Origin: Nemertoderma westbladi
Lineage: Eukaryota > Animalia > Xenacoelomorpha
Assembly (NCBI GenBank): GCA_032718475.1
Contig: JAUCBJ010007684.1
Span: forward strand, 1-32,575
Direction of reading: 5' to 3'
Length of the DNA: 32,575 nt
The notes below the pieces were generated by a model. That model made no database searches. It was not told where the DNA came from and saw only the letters and a list, made by a program, of their open reading frames with translations. Within the stretch, counting starts at the first letter, position 1; each line of letters begins with the position of its first letter. The position numbers and the translations under genes were made by a program. This document shows positions 21,601 to 32,575 of this stretch, one piece after another.

Positions 21601-22490
21601 TAAATCTTCCCTACGATTAAAAGCTAAATCACATCGAATGTAAGTACACACACCACCACCGTGTCTGTCCCTATCCTTACGTAAAACTACGTAATTATCA
21701 ATATAAATTTCTCCATCAGAAACACTATCATCGAGCCAAGTTTCAGAGATTGTTAAAACTGCTGGGTTGGATTTATTGATTAAAATACGAATTTCGGAAA
21801 GTTTTGGAAGCAGAGATCGTGCGTTTAAGTGCAAAAAATGCAGACCTTTTTTCTTAAAAAAATTAAAAGTTTCACTCTCAGCATCACTTGGAGTTTGCAG
21901 AGGCGATGTGAGAAATGAATCGTCGGTTTCTGATTCTAAAATTGTATCATGAAAGGGAAGTTCGGTAAAAATACAGCTATTGCAGAGAAAACTTGGTTCA
22001 AGATTGTTTCTGGTGGAGAATAAATTACTGCGTTTCCTACGGTAACATTTTAAATGTACAAATGTGTCACAACTCTCGCATTGGACGATCTTACTCCGAG
22101 AGTTTGTTCCTCGTTGACAGACGGGACAGTTGATCTTCGGGGCCCGCGTCCTGCTGGGTCCTGGGTTGGTCTCAATATCCCCAGCCAGAGACAGTAGACA
22201 GAGTTTAGCGATTAGGCCTCTAGATCGTGGAGAGGAGACCCAAGATCTTCTTCCCCGACGAGAGCAGTAGAGGCTAAATCCACTCGTCGACCACATCTCC
22301 GTCGATTCGGCGCGTAGTTCGAAACGGTAGCGACAGGGTGTTCCGCAAACCAGTCCAATACGGGTATTGGGTGGGTTGCAGGGTTACCCCGCGGATCGGA
22401 TGGTTCTGCCACAACGAAAAGACCCAGAACGATGAAAACTGTGGAGATTAAGAGCGGGGACATTGTGCTGTCTGGCTGTAGTCTGACTCA
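18645..22490 (-). mobile_element. Near full-length CR1/L2-group (Crack-like) LINE: leader, 2A-like peptide, PHD finger, AP endonuclease, RT; inactivated
   Basis: PHD CPVC...QCESCDTFVHLKC...CNSC; APE HLNARSL, ISETWL, GTLYRPP, LGDFN, LLDHI, SDH; [42 protein letters not shown] (~19820-19831). Stop at 20761-20763 and frameshifts at ~19950, ~19835, ~19175; AATAAA plus TCTA-like tail at ~18645-18665. Confidence 0.95.
22156..22179 (-). other. 2A-like ribosomal StopGo motif DIETNPGP
   Basis: LLSLAGDIETNPGP fits D(V/I)ExNPGP, in frame directly before the PHD-APE domains. Confidence 0.9.
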
Positions 22491-22726
22491 GGGATAAAAA
22501 CTGTATAGGCCTAGTACCGGTATCTTTCTTGGTCTTATTGTCGGCAGGCCTACAGCTTATGTGATACCTGTGATGTTTTTAATTATGAAAAAAAAAATCA
22601 AATTTTAAATAATCGAAAATTGTAGTAGTATTTGTATATACAGTATATCGGATTTGTATTGTGTGTTATTTATATTTGTATTGTGTATTGAGGTAATTAT
22701 TTTCAATTTACTTTAAAATTTTGAAA

Positions 22727-23176
22727 ATGGATATTTTAAACGAAAAATGTCCAGTTTGCTATTCTAAGTTATTGCAACATCGAGATTATTATAAATGTGA
22801 AAATAAACATGCAAATTGCGTACGATGTATTGTACAATATTCCGAAATGAATAATTATTGTTCTAAAATTTGTCCTATTTGTCGCGCACCCATATCTAAG
22901 TTAAATATAAAGTGGGTGAGATACCAACCCTATTATTGGAAAGAGCTACGCAATATAACTTATATTTCTGCGGAAAGTAATGATCCAGGATATTTATTTA
23001 CAATATTGGAGAATATTTTTTATAGAAATGTAGTACGACGGTGTTGCTACTATGTTCCTTATTTTTTCAACAGCAAAGATAGAAAAATCATTGGCGCGAA
23101 ATTCCCGGGAAGTGATTTCCATGCTGCTGATGTTACCTATCATTATCTCGTGTATAAAGATGCTCACCATGCTTGA
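22727..23176 (+). CDS. Intronless RING-finger (C3HC4-like) protein, putative E3 ligase, likely Polinton cargo
   Basis: CPVC...CENKHANCVRC...CPICR; ATG at 22727; same strand as, and ~220 bp upstream of, the packaging ATPase. Confidence 0.75.
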   Translation: MDILNEKCPVCYSKLLQHRDYYKCENKHANCVRCIVQYSEMNNYCSKICPICRAPISKLNIKWVRYQPYYWKELRNITYISAESNDPGYLFTILENIFYRNVVRRCCYYVPYFFNSKDRKIIGAKFPGSDFHAADVTYHYLVYKDAHHA

Positions 23177-23393
23177 AAATACATCAGTCTATACTATAAT
23201 TGGAAATAGCACCTTTTGTTGCAGCGAGCGTCGCATACTGTAGTTGTGTCATATGTTAATTAAATATTCAGTACTCTAATATTGTAGTTGCATCAATTAT
23301 TGTTATATACATAGTAATGGTGTTGGTTCATTGATATTTATATTATATTATATTATATTATATTGTATTGTTGATATATCTTAATAATAATAA

Positions 23394-23860
23394 ATGACTG
23401 ACTTTAATTCAGGTCCATATAATTTAAACTTTCAAATGGGAACGAGTATGATAATTTCTGGCCCATCTGGTTCAGGAAAGTCAACATTTGTCAGCAATTT
23501 AATTAAACACAAGAATGGCTGCTTCAACGAACCCCCCTTGCGAGTATTGTATTGTTACGGGAGCAATCCCCCGACTATTCCCGGTTTTACTCACCTTTAC
23601 AAAGGTTTGCCAGAAAATATAGATAGTTTAGTGAATAGTCGAGATTTATTAATTATAGATGATTTATTAACAGAAACTGAGTCCAGTACAGCTTTAACTG
23701 TATTGTTTACTAAGGTAGCTCATCATTCCAATATATTTATTTGTTTTATAATGCAAAACATGTTTTACAGTGGGAAGCATAACCGCACAAGATCAATTAA
23801 TAGCCATACCTTAGTATTAATGAAAAATCCGCGAGATGTAAAGTTAATTGGGTTAATAGG
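23394..23860 (+). pseudogene. Polinton/Maverick packaging ATPase (A32/FtsK-HerA family), C-terminally truncated
   Basis: Walker A GPSGSGKS, Walker B LLIIDD, LFTKVAHHSN, MQNMF, RTRSINSHTLVLMKNPRD; similarity is lost shortly after NPRD. Confidence 0.9.
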
Positions 23861-26097
23861 GTTCATCACCCGCTGCATATAAGAATCAGGGTAGATGCCA
23901 AGGTGCCACCCATGGCCTACTTTATAAGAGGCCATGACAACGCACGGGCAAATAGCTGACTTGGAGGCCACTTTGTTTATGGGTGTAAGTCGGAATATAT
24001 GGTAGATACAAACTTCTAACCTTTACCTACCCCCACTAAGTCGATGCTGAGGATCTCAAATATCATATTTAAAATTGTTTATCTCGAGACCGTGTTGCTA
24101 TGGCAACATCTAATCAGTGGATACCGGTTGACCGGTATTTGTCTGTCTGTATAGCATCCCTGCTAACCAGACACGCTACACGCTATTATACCAAACGTTT
24201 GTTTATATGCTTGAATCATGTTGACATGTTTTTTTTCTAAACTTGTTTTAATCAACATGTTATTTTAACATCTAAATAACATAATATCCAATCATGTTAT
24301 AATCAAACATTTGTTGATCACGTTGTTATGATACCTAAATGTAACATGTTTTATCATGTAATTATTTAACATTTGTTTTACACGTTATTGTGTAACATAA
24401 ATCATACATGTTTATTCCAGCTGTTTGTTAAATGCTACTTTGTCGTGTTGAACAAACGTCCGGCACATCATTGCCAATATGTCTTAAGGCTGTTTGAATA
24501 AACCGCCTAAAATTTACCGCCAAATTCGTTTATAGGCCTATAAATCATGCAGCAGTGCATGCAGTACTGCAGTACATCAGTCAGTCAGTAGACACTCCAC
24601 TGCCTGCCCCAGCCTACCAGCACCCACTCAGCCCTGCAGCCACATTCTGAGAGCTTGACAGTAGTGCTGCAGGTAGGCAGTGTGTAGGCCAGCTGTTTAC
24701 TGGTTTAAGTGCTGCAATAGGGTTGACCATACTCTGATACTGCCATATGTTTGTTTACTGCCGTATGCCTATATCTGTATATTAACTGTTTAAGTTATTT
24801 TTAATTAAGCTTCATACTGCCTGACTGTCATATAAACTGATAAATCTTTTTATATTATACATTATATGTTATATAGGCCTACATAACATATATAATATAT
24901 AATACATAATACTGTAATATATGTCATATACATTATATATTATTTATGTACATTATATAGGCCTAGCAGCCTAGCCTAATTGTATTGTAATACCAGAATA
25001 CAGTAATATGTCTGTATGTAATGCAGTCAGGCAGTGCAGTGCCAGTAATTCGATGACGACGACAGTTTAGATTGGGCTCTGTCTTCCTGGCGCTGGTTGG
25101 TCGAAACAACAGGCAAGCGGCAAGGGCTGCACTGGCAGACTGGCTGACTGGAAAAATATTATGGCCTCCTCGAAATGCCGGCCTACTACCGGTACAGCAG
25201 TACGTTGGAAAGAATTTTCGAATCCAGATCTTCTGTCAACTGTCAAGTTGGCCCACATTTAATGCGAAGGTTCTTCACTTAACAGGTTTGTATTGAACTT
25301 GAATAGGCTGCTTACACATCGTTATTTCAGTGATTCAAGTGATTAAAATCCTAATCCTGTAATCTATTTGGATCAAATAGAGGGAAAAAGCGCCGGCGGT
25401 CGGAAGTAAATTACACATGCCAGCATGCGGTCCCAGGCAGCCAGCTAAAGATAAGATACGCATCAGATTCTGGCGATGAGGTTATTATTTTACTTACTAC
25501 TACTGTACTAGGCCTTGCTGTTAGGTTAGGCCAACTTTGGGCCGTTTATAAATCGTCAGATCGTGCATATGCTTAAACTGTAATTTAAAATAAAACATGC
25601 CTTACTCTGGCTATCTATGGTAGGTAAGTAAATGTTTGCTTTATTTTTTACTCATTTCCTCTTTATAAACCAGTCCCCAGTGCAGTGGTAATGTGAAACA
25701 GTCTGTGATGGGTTGTGGTGACTTGTGCACGTTGATCTAATTGCTCCAATGCTATATGTATATATATTATTATCATTTTAGGTGGAATATATGAGCGACA
25801 ATGAATCCAATCATGTTTCCAATACGATACTCACACTGATTACCCAGACAACTAACAATACGTTGATCATTGATACTCAGAGGTGAGTTGTGATACCGCC
25901 TCTCCCTCTATCTACAACCTAACCCTATTCTAAGACAACACTAAACTCTAGACTTACCTAACCAAACCCTTTCACCAAGCTACCACTATATATCCCATGG
26001 CGATATTTTCTCGAAATATTTTCCAGTCTCGATGTTTTATATATCAAGACGCTTTTTTATACTTTTGGAAGCAGAGACAGAAGTTGGGCGAGACAGA

Positions 26098-26645
26098 AGT
26101 CACAGCCACTCAAAGCTATGTTACAACCACTCAATGCTATGTCACAGCCAATCAACGCTATGTCACAGCCACTCAATGATATGTCACAGCCGCTCAATGC
26201 TTTGTCACAGCCACTCAAAGCTATGTCACAGCCACTCAAAGCTATGTCACAGAGCCACTCAACGCTATGTCACAGCCAATCAACGCTATGTCACAGCCAC
26301 TCAATGCTATGCCACAGCCACCCAACGCTATGTCACAGCCGCTCAATGCTATGTCACAGCCGCTCAATGCGTCACAGCCGCTCAATGCTTTGTCACAACC
26401 ACTCAAAGCTATGTCACAGCCACTCAACGCTACGTCACAGTTACTCAACGCTATGTCACAGCCACTCAACGCTATGTCTCAGCCAATCAACGCTAGCCAC
26501 CCAACGCTATGTCACAGCTAATCAACGCTATGCCACAGCCACTCAATGCTATGCCACAGCCACCCAACGCTATGTCACAGTCACCCAACGCTGGCCACCC
26601 ATCGCTGGCCACCCAACGCTGTGTCACAGCGACAGCCACTCAACA
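26098..26645. repeat. 21-bp minisatellite, ~26 copies
   Basis: Unit GTCACAGCCACTCAACGCTAT with point variants and small indels. Confidence 0.97.
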
Positions 26646-26815
26646 ATTCCCCATTTATTTTTATTTAGGTTTACATCTAGTATATAGATAATTTATTGTA
26701 GATGATGAAGTCTTAGTCTAATATAATCGTAGTCCGAGCCTTATATTTTTTTAACACATAAATAAATTAATTTTCCAGATCCAAGATACGGGAAAGTTAT
26801 TCCACTTTGCTAGCG

Positions 26816-27476
26816 ACGGATATCCTTGGTGGATCGGACTCCGGATTCAGTGATATCGACGGATCCTTGGTGGAACGGACTCCGGATTCAGTGATATCGA
26901 CGGATCCTTGACGGAACGGACTCCGGATTCAGTGATATCGACAGATCCTTGGCGGAACGGACTCCGGATTCAGTGATATCGACGGATCCTTGGCGGAACG
27001 GACTCCGGATTCAGTGATATCGACGGATCCTTGGTGGAACGGACTCCGGATTCAGTGATATCGACGGATCCTTGGCGGAACGGACTCCGGATTCAGTGAT
27101 ATCGACGGATCCTTGGCGGAACGGACTCCGGATTCAGTGATATCGACGGATATTTGGTGGAACGGACTCCGGATTCAGTGATATCGACAGATCCTTGGCG
27201 GAACGGACTCCGGATTCAGTGATATCGACGGATCCTTGGCGGAACGGACTCCGGATTCAGTGATATCGACGGATCCTTGGCGGAACGGACCTCCGGATTC
27301 AGTGATATCGACGGATCCTTGACGGAACGGACTCCGGATTCAGTGATATCGACGGATCCTTGGCGGAACGGACTCCGGATTCAGTGATATCGACGGATCC
27401 TTGGCGGAACGGACTCCGGATTCAGTGATATCGACAGATCCTTGGTGGAACGGACTCCGGATTCAGTGATTTCGAT
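26816..27476. repeat. 41-bp minisatellite, ~16 homogeneous copies
   Basis: Unit GACGGATCCTTGGCGGAACGGACTCCGGATTCAGTGATATC (GACTCCGG at 26837 and 26878). Confidence 0.98.
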
Positions 27477-29079
27477 GCGGCTGAAACTGAATGATCAATG
27501 TAACTGAAAACTCCCCGTGACGTCCCAACATTGTTGTTTTAATTGTAATTTGTTTTATCGTAAATGTTAATTGTTGTCTATTTTACAATGTATTGCCCCG
27601 GGGTGGGTGGGTGGGTGGGGGGGGGGGGGGGAACTGGACGCAATAAAAATTCATCCCTCTCCAGGGGAAATTCGACGCAAATAACAGATGATTTCTCTCA
27701 AAAATAAAACTGTAACCTAATCTATTGTGCTTAGTTTATTGTTTTGGTTAAAATAATGTGCCACTGTAACCTGCTCCTTTCCCTAAATTGAGAATTTAAC
27801 ATTGAGGCGGGATATTAATTCGCCAAGATGAGATTTGCGTCCAGTTACCCCCCTTGTCTCCAATTTTGGAACATTGAAGTGAACAGGGAAATTTTTGCAA
27901 CTATTTATTATATTTCAATATTGGATAATAATTTCCTTTGTGCTCTGATGGATAGCCCATAAAATTTTAGGAAAAGTCACAGAATCTCGGTTTTCACAAC
28001 ATATCTGTTTCAAAGATACAGATTAATTTCAAAAAAATTTAAATGACCCTCACCCACCCACCACGCCAAATAGCGTTAAAGAAGGCTGCGGTTGGTCTAT
28101 ATTATTACAGTTCAAATGGAATTTTGTTTCATTTTTGTATATACAGTACAATTTTACTTAAAGTTTGTGCAATGCAGTTCATTTGTTTAATAGGTGTTGT
28201 TGTTATTGTGAACATTAACACTAGTTTTTAGGTGGTTAAGTTGTGCTGTACTGGCTACTACTACCTTGTGCTTAATAATATTCATGTTTTACACATAAAT
28301 TATCTTCTTAATTCGAACAATTGCATACCATGGGAACAATCCGGTGGTCGAATCAATGTATGACCAAATTAGTGTAGAGAATAACGATTTACAACGTTTA
28401 AAACAAACGTTTTCTTTGCATTAAAAAAACGTATATTTCCAAGCAATTTCGAAAGAACCGACGCATGATTCACGTTAGTTACATATGCTAGACACACGTT
28501 TAATTCAAACGTCATAAAGAACCGGCGATTGGGTAACGTTTGTTTCATGCTATTTACACGTTTACTTCTAAACGTTTATTACATGCCACCCGCTTGGACA
28601 AAATAACATGAAAATTACCTATTTCTGGACGTGTCGCAAACGTTTTTTCAAACGTTTGCCATGTTCAATAAAAATGTGATATAAACGTTAAAATAACATG
28701 CAATTGTTATCAGGGATGTAGCCTATATCTGTATATGCCTAGTTTCTAGTGGGGCGGCCTACTTCATGTGTACTTCTGTATTCTGTTTTCTTCCAAATGT
28801 ATAGCACATAGTACTTATCCTTTATCGGTGCCTGTGACCACTTATGGCTTAATACTCCTTGCTTAATACATAGGGCCTATTGTTGTTTGTGATACCGGTA
28901 CCTCGTTTTATTATGTTTGACAGTTGATGTGGTAGGCCTAGCCTATTAATTCGGTAATTACCGTCTGAGATCTGACCGTGACCGACAGATTGAACAGTTG
29001 AAGCAGTAATCATCGCCTCGGAGTCCTTACTTACCTGCATTCAGTATTTACATGCGGTTTTCTAGTTGCATTGCATGCG

Positions 29080-30375
29080 ATGCCTAGAAAGTGCTGCATT
29101 CCACTTTGTCGCTCCAACTATGCAAATGAATCACCGGTAACCGTTTATCGAGTTCCTAGTGACGAGCCGTATCATTCTCAATGAATGAGCGTTCTATTGA
29201 AAGTTCGCCAAAATTTAATTGTCTCCAAGCACACAGTTGTGTGTGAACTGCATTGGTCGGAGGGGTTTTCCCAACGTAGGGCTTTTCGCTCACAGAAATT
29301 AATTCCTGTCGAACCCCCCTCGATATGGCCTCAGATTTCTCCAAGTTGCTGTCCCATATCTCAGCCAAAACTGCGCGATGTATCTAAAGCCTTGGTTAAC
29401 CACTCAGGGAACATTTCTTTTGTTTGATTTTGTTCACTTGATGAAATCAATTCGCAATAATTGGATCACTGAAAAGAACCAGGCAATAAACCTCGATGGC
29501 AAGATAGCCAATTGGTCGAGTATTAGAAGTTTATACGAGTCTGAGAAGTCCAATGTTGTTAAAATTGGTCATCGACTTATTCACAAAGCTGTATACCCGA
29601 AACCTATTGAGAGACAAGACGTTTGTTTAATGCTTCGAGTATTTTGTGACGAAACTGTAACAGCTTTACGTACGGTACTCATACGAAATCAAACAAAACT
29701 GACAAAGACACGGCAGATTTCATAGAAGTTTTTGTGAAGGCATTCAAGATATTAAATGTGAAGTCCAAGAATGAGGCTATACATTTAAATGATGAATGGC
29801 GGAGTCCCATATCAGATCCTGGTGATAAACAGTTGGATATACTGCTCGATATAGCTTCTAATGTTGAGAAAATGAGGTGTGTAAATGGTAAAACTCGCTA
29901 TCAGACATTTACAACAGATACAGCTAGCGCCATTGTTCATACGTTTCGTGGTTTTGTAGATTTGGTGAAATCGTTACTTCAACGCAATTTCGATTATGTT
30001 TTGTGTGGTAATTTTACCACTGATCCACTGGAAAAAGCTTTCGGTCGGATTCGCCAGTCAGCGGGAGGAACATACTTCATTGCAGCAGTGCAAGCCCTTC
30101 AGTATTACCAAATACAAAAAACAAAACTGTTAGCCTCAATTAATTTCGAGTTTCTCCGACATGAGCAGTCAACAACGCAGAGCGATTACGACTCACATAA
30201 ATGCTCTAAATGTAATGTCATATTGACTGAATTTATTGTAGATCTCGTCGAGACACTACCTATGTGTGAAGATGAGATAAATGTTGACACTAAACAAGCG
30301 TTGTACTTTATTGCCGGTTATCTTCAGCGATCTTTACCGGAGAATACTAACATAGACCCTTCTACAGTTGTCTGA
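29080..30375 (+). pseudogene. THAP-domain P-element transposase (THAP9-like) with stop, frameshifts and internal deletion
   Basis: MPRKCCIPLC...Q*(W)...VVCELHW...PPSIW THAP domain (TGA at 29182-29184) jumps at ~29390 to FDFVHLMKSIRNNW, PKPIERQDV, TTDPLEKAFGRIRQSAGG, LYFIAGY. Confidence 0.93.
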
Positions 30376-30723
30376 TTATCTGTACTATCCACTGATTAGA
30401 TGTTGCCATAGCAACAGGGCCTCGAGATAAACAATTTTAAATATGATATTTGAGATCCTCAGCATCGACTTAGTGGGGGTAGGTAAAGGTTAGAAGTTTG
30501 TATCTGCAGCCGTTTAGAAGTTAGATGTTGCCATAGCAACAGGGTCTCGAGATAAACAATTTTAAATATGATATTTGAGATCCTCAGCATCGACTTAGTG
30601 GGGGTAGGTAAAGGTTAGAAGTTTGTATCTACCATATATTCCGACTTACACCCATAAACAAAGTGGCCTCCAAGTCAGCTATTTGCCCGTGCGTTGTCAT
30701 GGCCTCTTATAAAGTAGGCCATG

Positions 30724-31335
30724 GTGCCACCCAAGCGCCCAGTGGTTACAGGTTAGAGTGCTGGTTGGTGGCCCACCGTGACATGGATGCGTAGAGCCGA
30801 CCGTTAATTCTGAGGTTTCTTCAAACAGCTGACTTAAGACGCGCATGTGAGCTGCACCACGGGGATTAGGTACTGCAAAGTAGTCCAACTTGTAGTTCCT
30901 TTCTATTATGCCCAAAGCTATTGGAACCAAACATGGGTCCAAAGAGCCTTTCTGACAGCTCTCTCTTAATGACTTCGCTAAACATTCTAGGTCAATAGAC
31001 GGGTTTTTATCCAAGCGGGAGGAGCGTTGGAAGCTCGGTCGAAAAGTTCCCTAGATACTTACCCAAGAAGTTGTGCACTGAGTTATACTCCCAATAGTCT
31101 CCCTTTTCAATTCCGTATGTTTTAGGTATGGAATCGTTGGTTCCCAGAGCTCTTTCAAAGAGGCTATTTGCCATTGCTGCTAAACAAATCGAAATGAATT
31201 TGAGCTTTCGATGACTTTCCAGTATTTCCTGCCAATTACTTGTCTTATTTTCTTTGATCCACTCTCTTGCGTAGTCCTGAATTACAAGTTCTGATTTGAT
31301 AATAGATACAAAGTCGTCACTACTTTGAATTTTAC
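30724..31335 (-). pseudogene. Unidentified coding fragment (~200 aa, one frameshift at ~31015) continuing at 23902 across the P element
   Basis: Open reading KIQSSDDF...LPTLL then LDKNPSIDLECL...NHWALGWH; after excising the P element it continues in frame LGIYPDSYMQRVMNP. Confidence 0.55.
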
Positions 31336-31900
31336 TTAAGGGGAGATGGAACCCTTAAAATTTTCAAAAAAATAAATTTTTTGAGGTTTTTTTTTAAGTT
31401 GTTTAAGATCACAATTTTCCGTAGATTATGGATATTGACACTTTAAAACCATATCATGAGCCCAAACCGCTTGAAACTCTGTCTGTTTGTCGGTTAGTTT
31501 GTTTTTTGTCTGCTTGTGAAAATACAGTGTAAAAAATTTCACTACATTTAGCTAAAACTTTTGGCTATGGGGTTTTCCTGGTCTGAGATTTCATTTAAGG
31601 TATCAGTTTCTAAAATTTATTGAGTCTAGTCCTATCTGTCCGTTTGTCTGTCTTTTTATTCTGTCTGTCAAAATATAAAAAAATACACCAGACCTAACTA
31701 AAGATATTGCTATGGGGTTTTTCTGGTCTGTGATATCGATTCTGGTATCAGTTTCTACAATTTATGGAGTCTAGTCCTATCTGCCCGTCTGTCGGTCTTT
31801 TTAGTCTGTCTGTCAAAATATAAAAAATACACCAGACCTAACTAAAAATTTTGCTATGGGGTTTTTCTGGTCTGTTAATTCGTTTCTGGTATCAGTTTCT
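31336..31900. mobile_element. Start of a TTAA-flanked (Kolobok-like) non-autonomous element with ~145-bp subterminal tandem repeats
   Basis: TTAA then GGGGAGATGGAACC at the point where the upstream ORF breaks off; GCTATGGGGTTTT recurs at 31564, 31709, 31853; the other end was not found in the window. Confidence 0.5.
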
Positions 31901-32575
31901 AGGATTCCTATTGGTACCATATCTGACCATTATAGTTTGTTTATTAAAGTAGAACTACCAGTTGTTTAAAACGCCATTGATACAAACCAATAACAAACAA
32001 CCTAACAGATAACTGAATACATAAATAGGCCTGCTATTATTAAGCTAATTCCTGGTTTATTTGTTTATTTTTATGTAACATTTACCGGAACCAAACTGCA
32101 CCTAAAACTATCTGACTACATGACTATGTTGTAATACCTTCTGATTTTCAGTGGTCTATATTCTGATTTCCAGCGGTCTATATTCCGATATTAGACTAAT
32201 TTTAATTTCGTTCCCATGGTACCCAATATTGGCAGGAGGCAGTGAAGGGCAATATTCAGTTAATCGGCATCATATCGGTAAGTAGATTATTAAATAAATT
32301 ATATTGATTTAGAGAATAATAAAATAATTAATGTAATTAATTAATTTAAGTGTTAGGTATAATGATTATTACTTTCTATGGTACATGGTACGGTACTGAA
32401 TTAGACTATAGGCCTAATTAATTAATTTAAAGTATTGTAATAAATGAGGTCTATTAAATTATTTCCTGTAATAATATGCCGGTTATCTTTACAGAAATCC
32501 ACAGCCCGGATGTAGCTCCCAGTTCCTTCAATCCGGTTGATAACATCCCCAGTTCCAGAATTTATAATATAAATC

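Larger units (their letters stand above)
24158..28715. mobile_element. Non-autonomous TIR element (CCC-terminus, 2-bp TSD; CMC/EnSpm-like) nested in the P element
   Basis: CCCTGCTAAC...GTTATCAGGG (9/10 inverted match), AT on both flanks (24156-24157, 28716-28717), subterminal ACATGTT/AACGTT motifs at both ends. Confidence 0.75.
23911..30723 (+). mobile_element. P-superfamily (THAP) DNA transposon with long TIRs, internally deleted
   Basis: TIRs begin CATGGCCTACTTTATAAGAGGCCATG: left 23911-24123, right 30386-30723 with an internal 110-bp duplication; 8-bp TSD GTGCCACC at 23903-23910 and 30724-30731; THAP and P-transposase remnants inside. Confidence 0.95.

Noticed and set aside
23845-23865. 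GGGTTAATAGGGTT as the right TIR of the TTAA element starting at 9906
   Set aside because: Only ~11 bp match, followed by TTCA rather than TTAA, and 14 kb away
25997-26691. Repetitive ORFs (MSQPLNA, LCHSHS, YVTATQ)
   Set aside because: A 21-bp unit open in several frames on both strands, with frame-breaking indels; no sign of one selected frame

Overview
AT-rich eukaryotic DNA, probably from an invertebrate animal, made almost entirely of nested and mostly decayed mobile elements and tandem repeats; no intact host gene is evident. Recognisable pieces: an SGNH-hydrolase pseudogene, two BEL/Pao LTR-retrotransposon fragments, a Penelope-like fragment, a 53/54-bp satellite, a solo LTR with an RTE LINE inside it, a piggyBac transposase fragment, a near full-length CR1/L2-group LINE with a 2A-like (DIETNPGP) peptide, a Polinton/Maverick packaging ATPase next to a RING gene, and a THAP/P element with ~213-bp TIRs and an 8-bp TSD that hosts a further TIR element. 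The most notable signal is non-coding: two sequence-distinct families couple a tRNA-derived Pol III promoter (A and B boxes) to a minimal type I hammerhead ribozyme. One is a ~410-bp tandem, retrozyme-like array (13870-16675). The other is a ~455-bp palindromic insertion (9260-9714) with a hammerhead on each strand, lying between the A and B boxes, and a 12-bp terminal redundancy suggestive of a circular, rod-like template. Family assignments rest on motif recognition by eye; no database searches were run.
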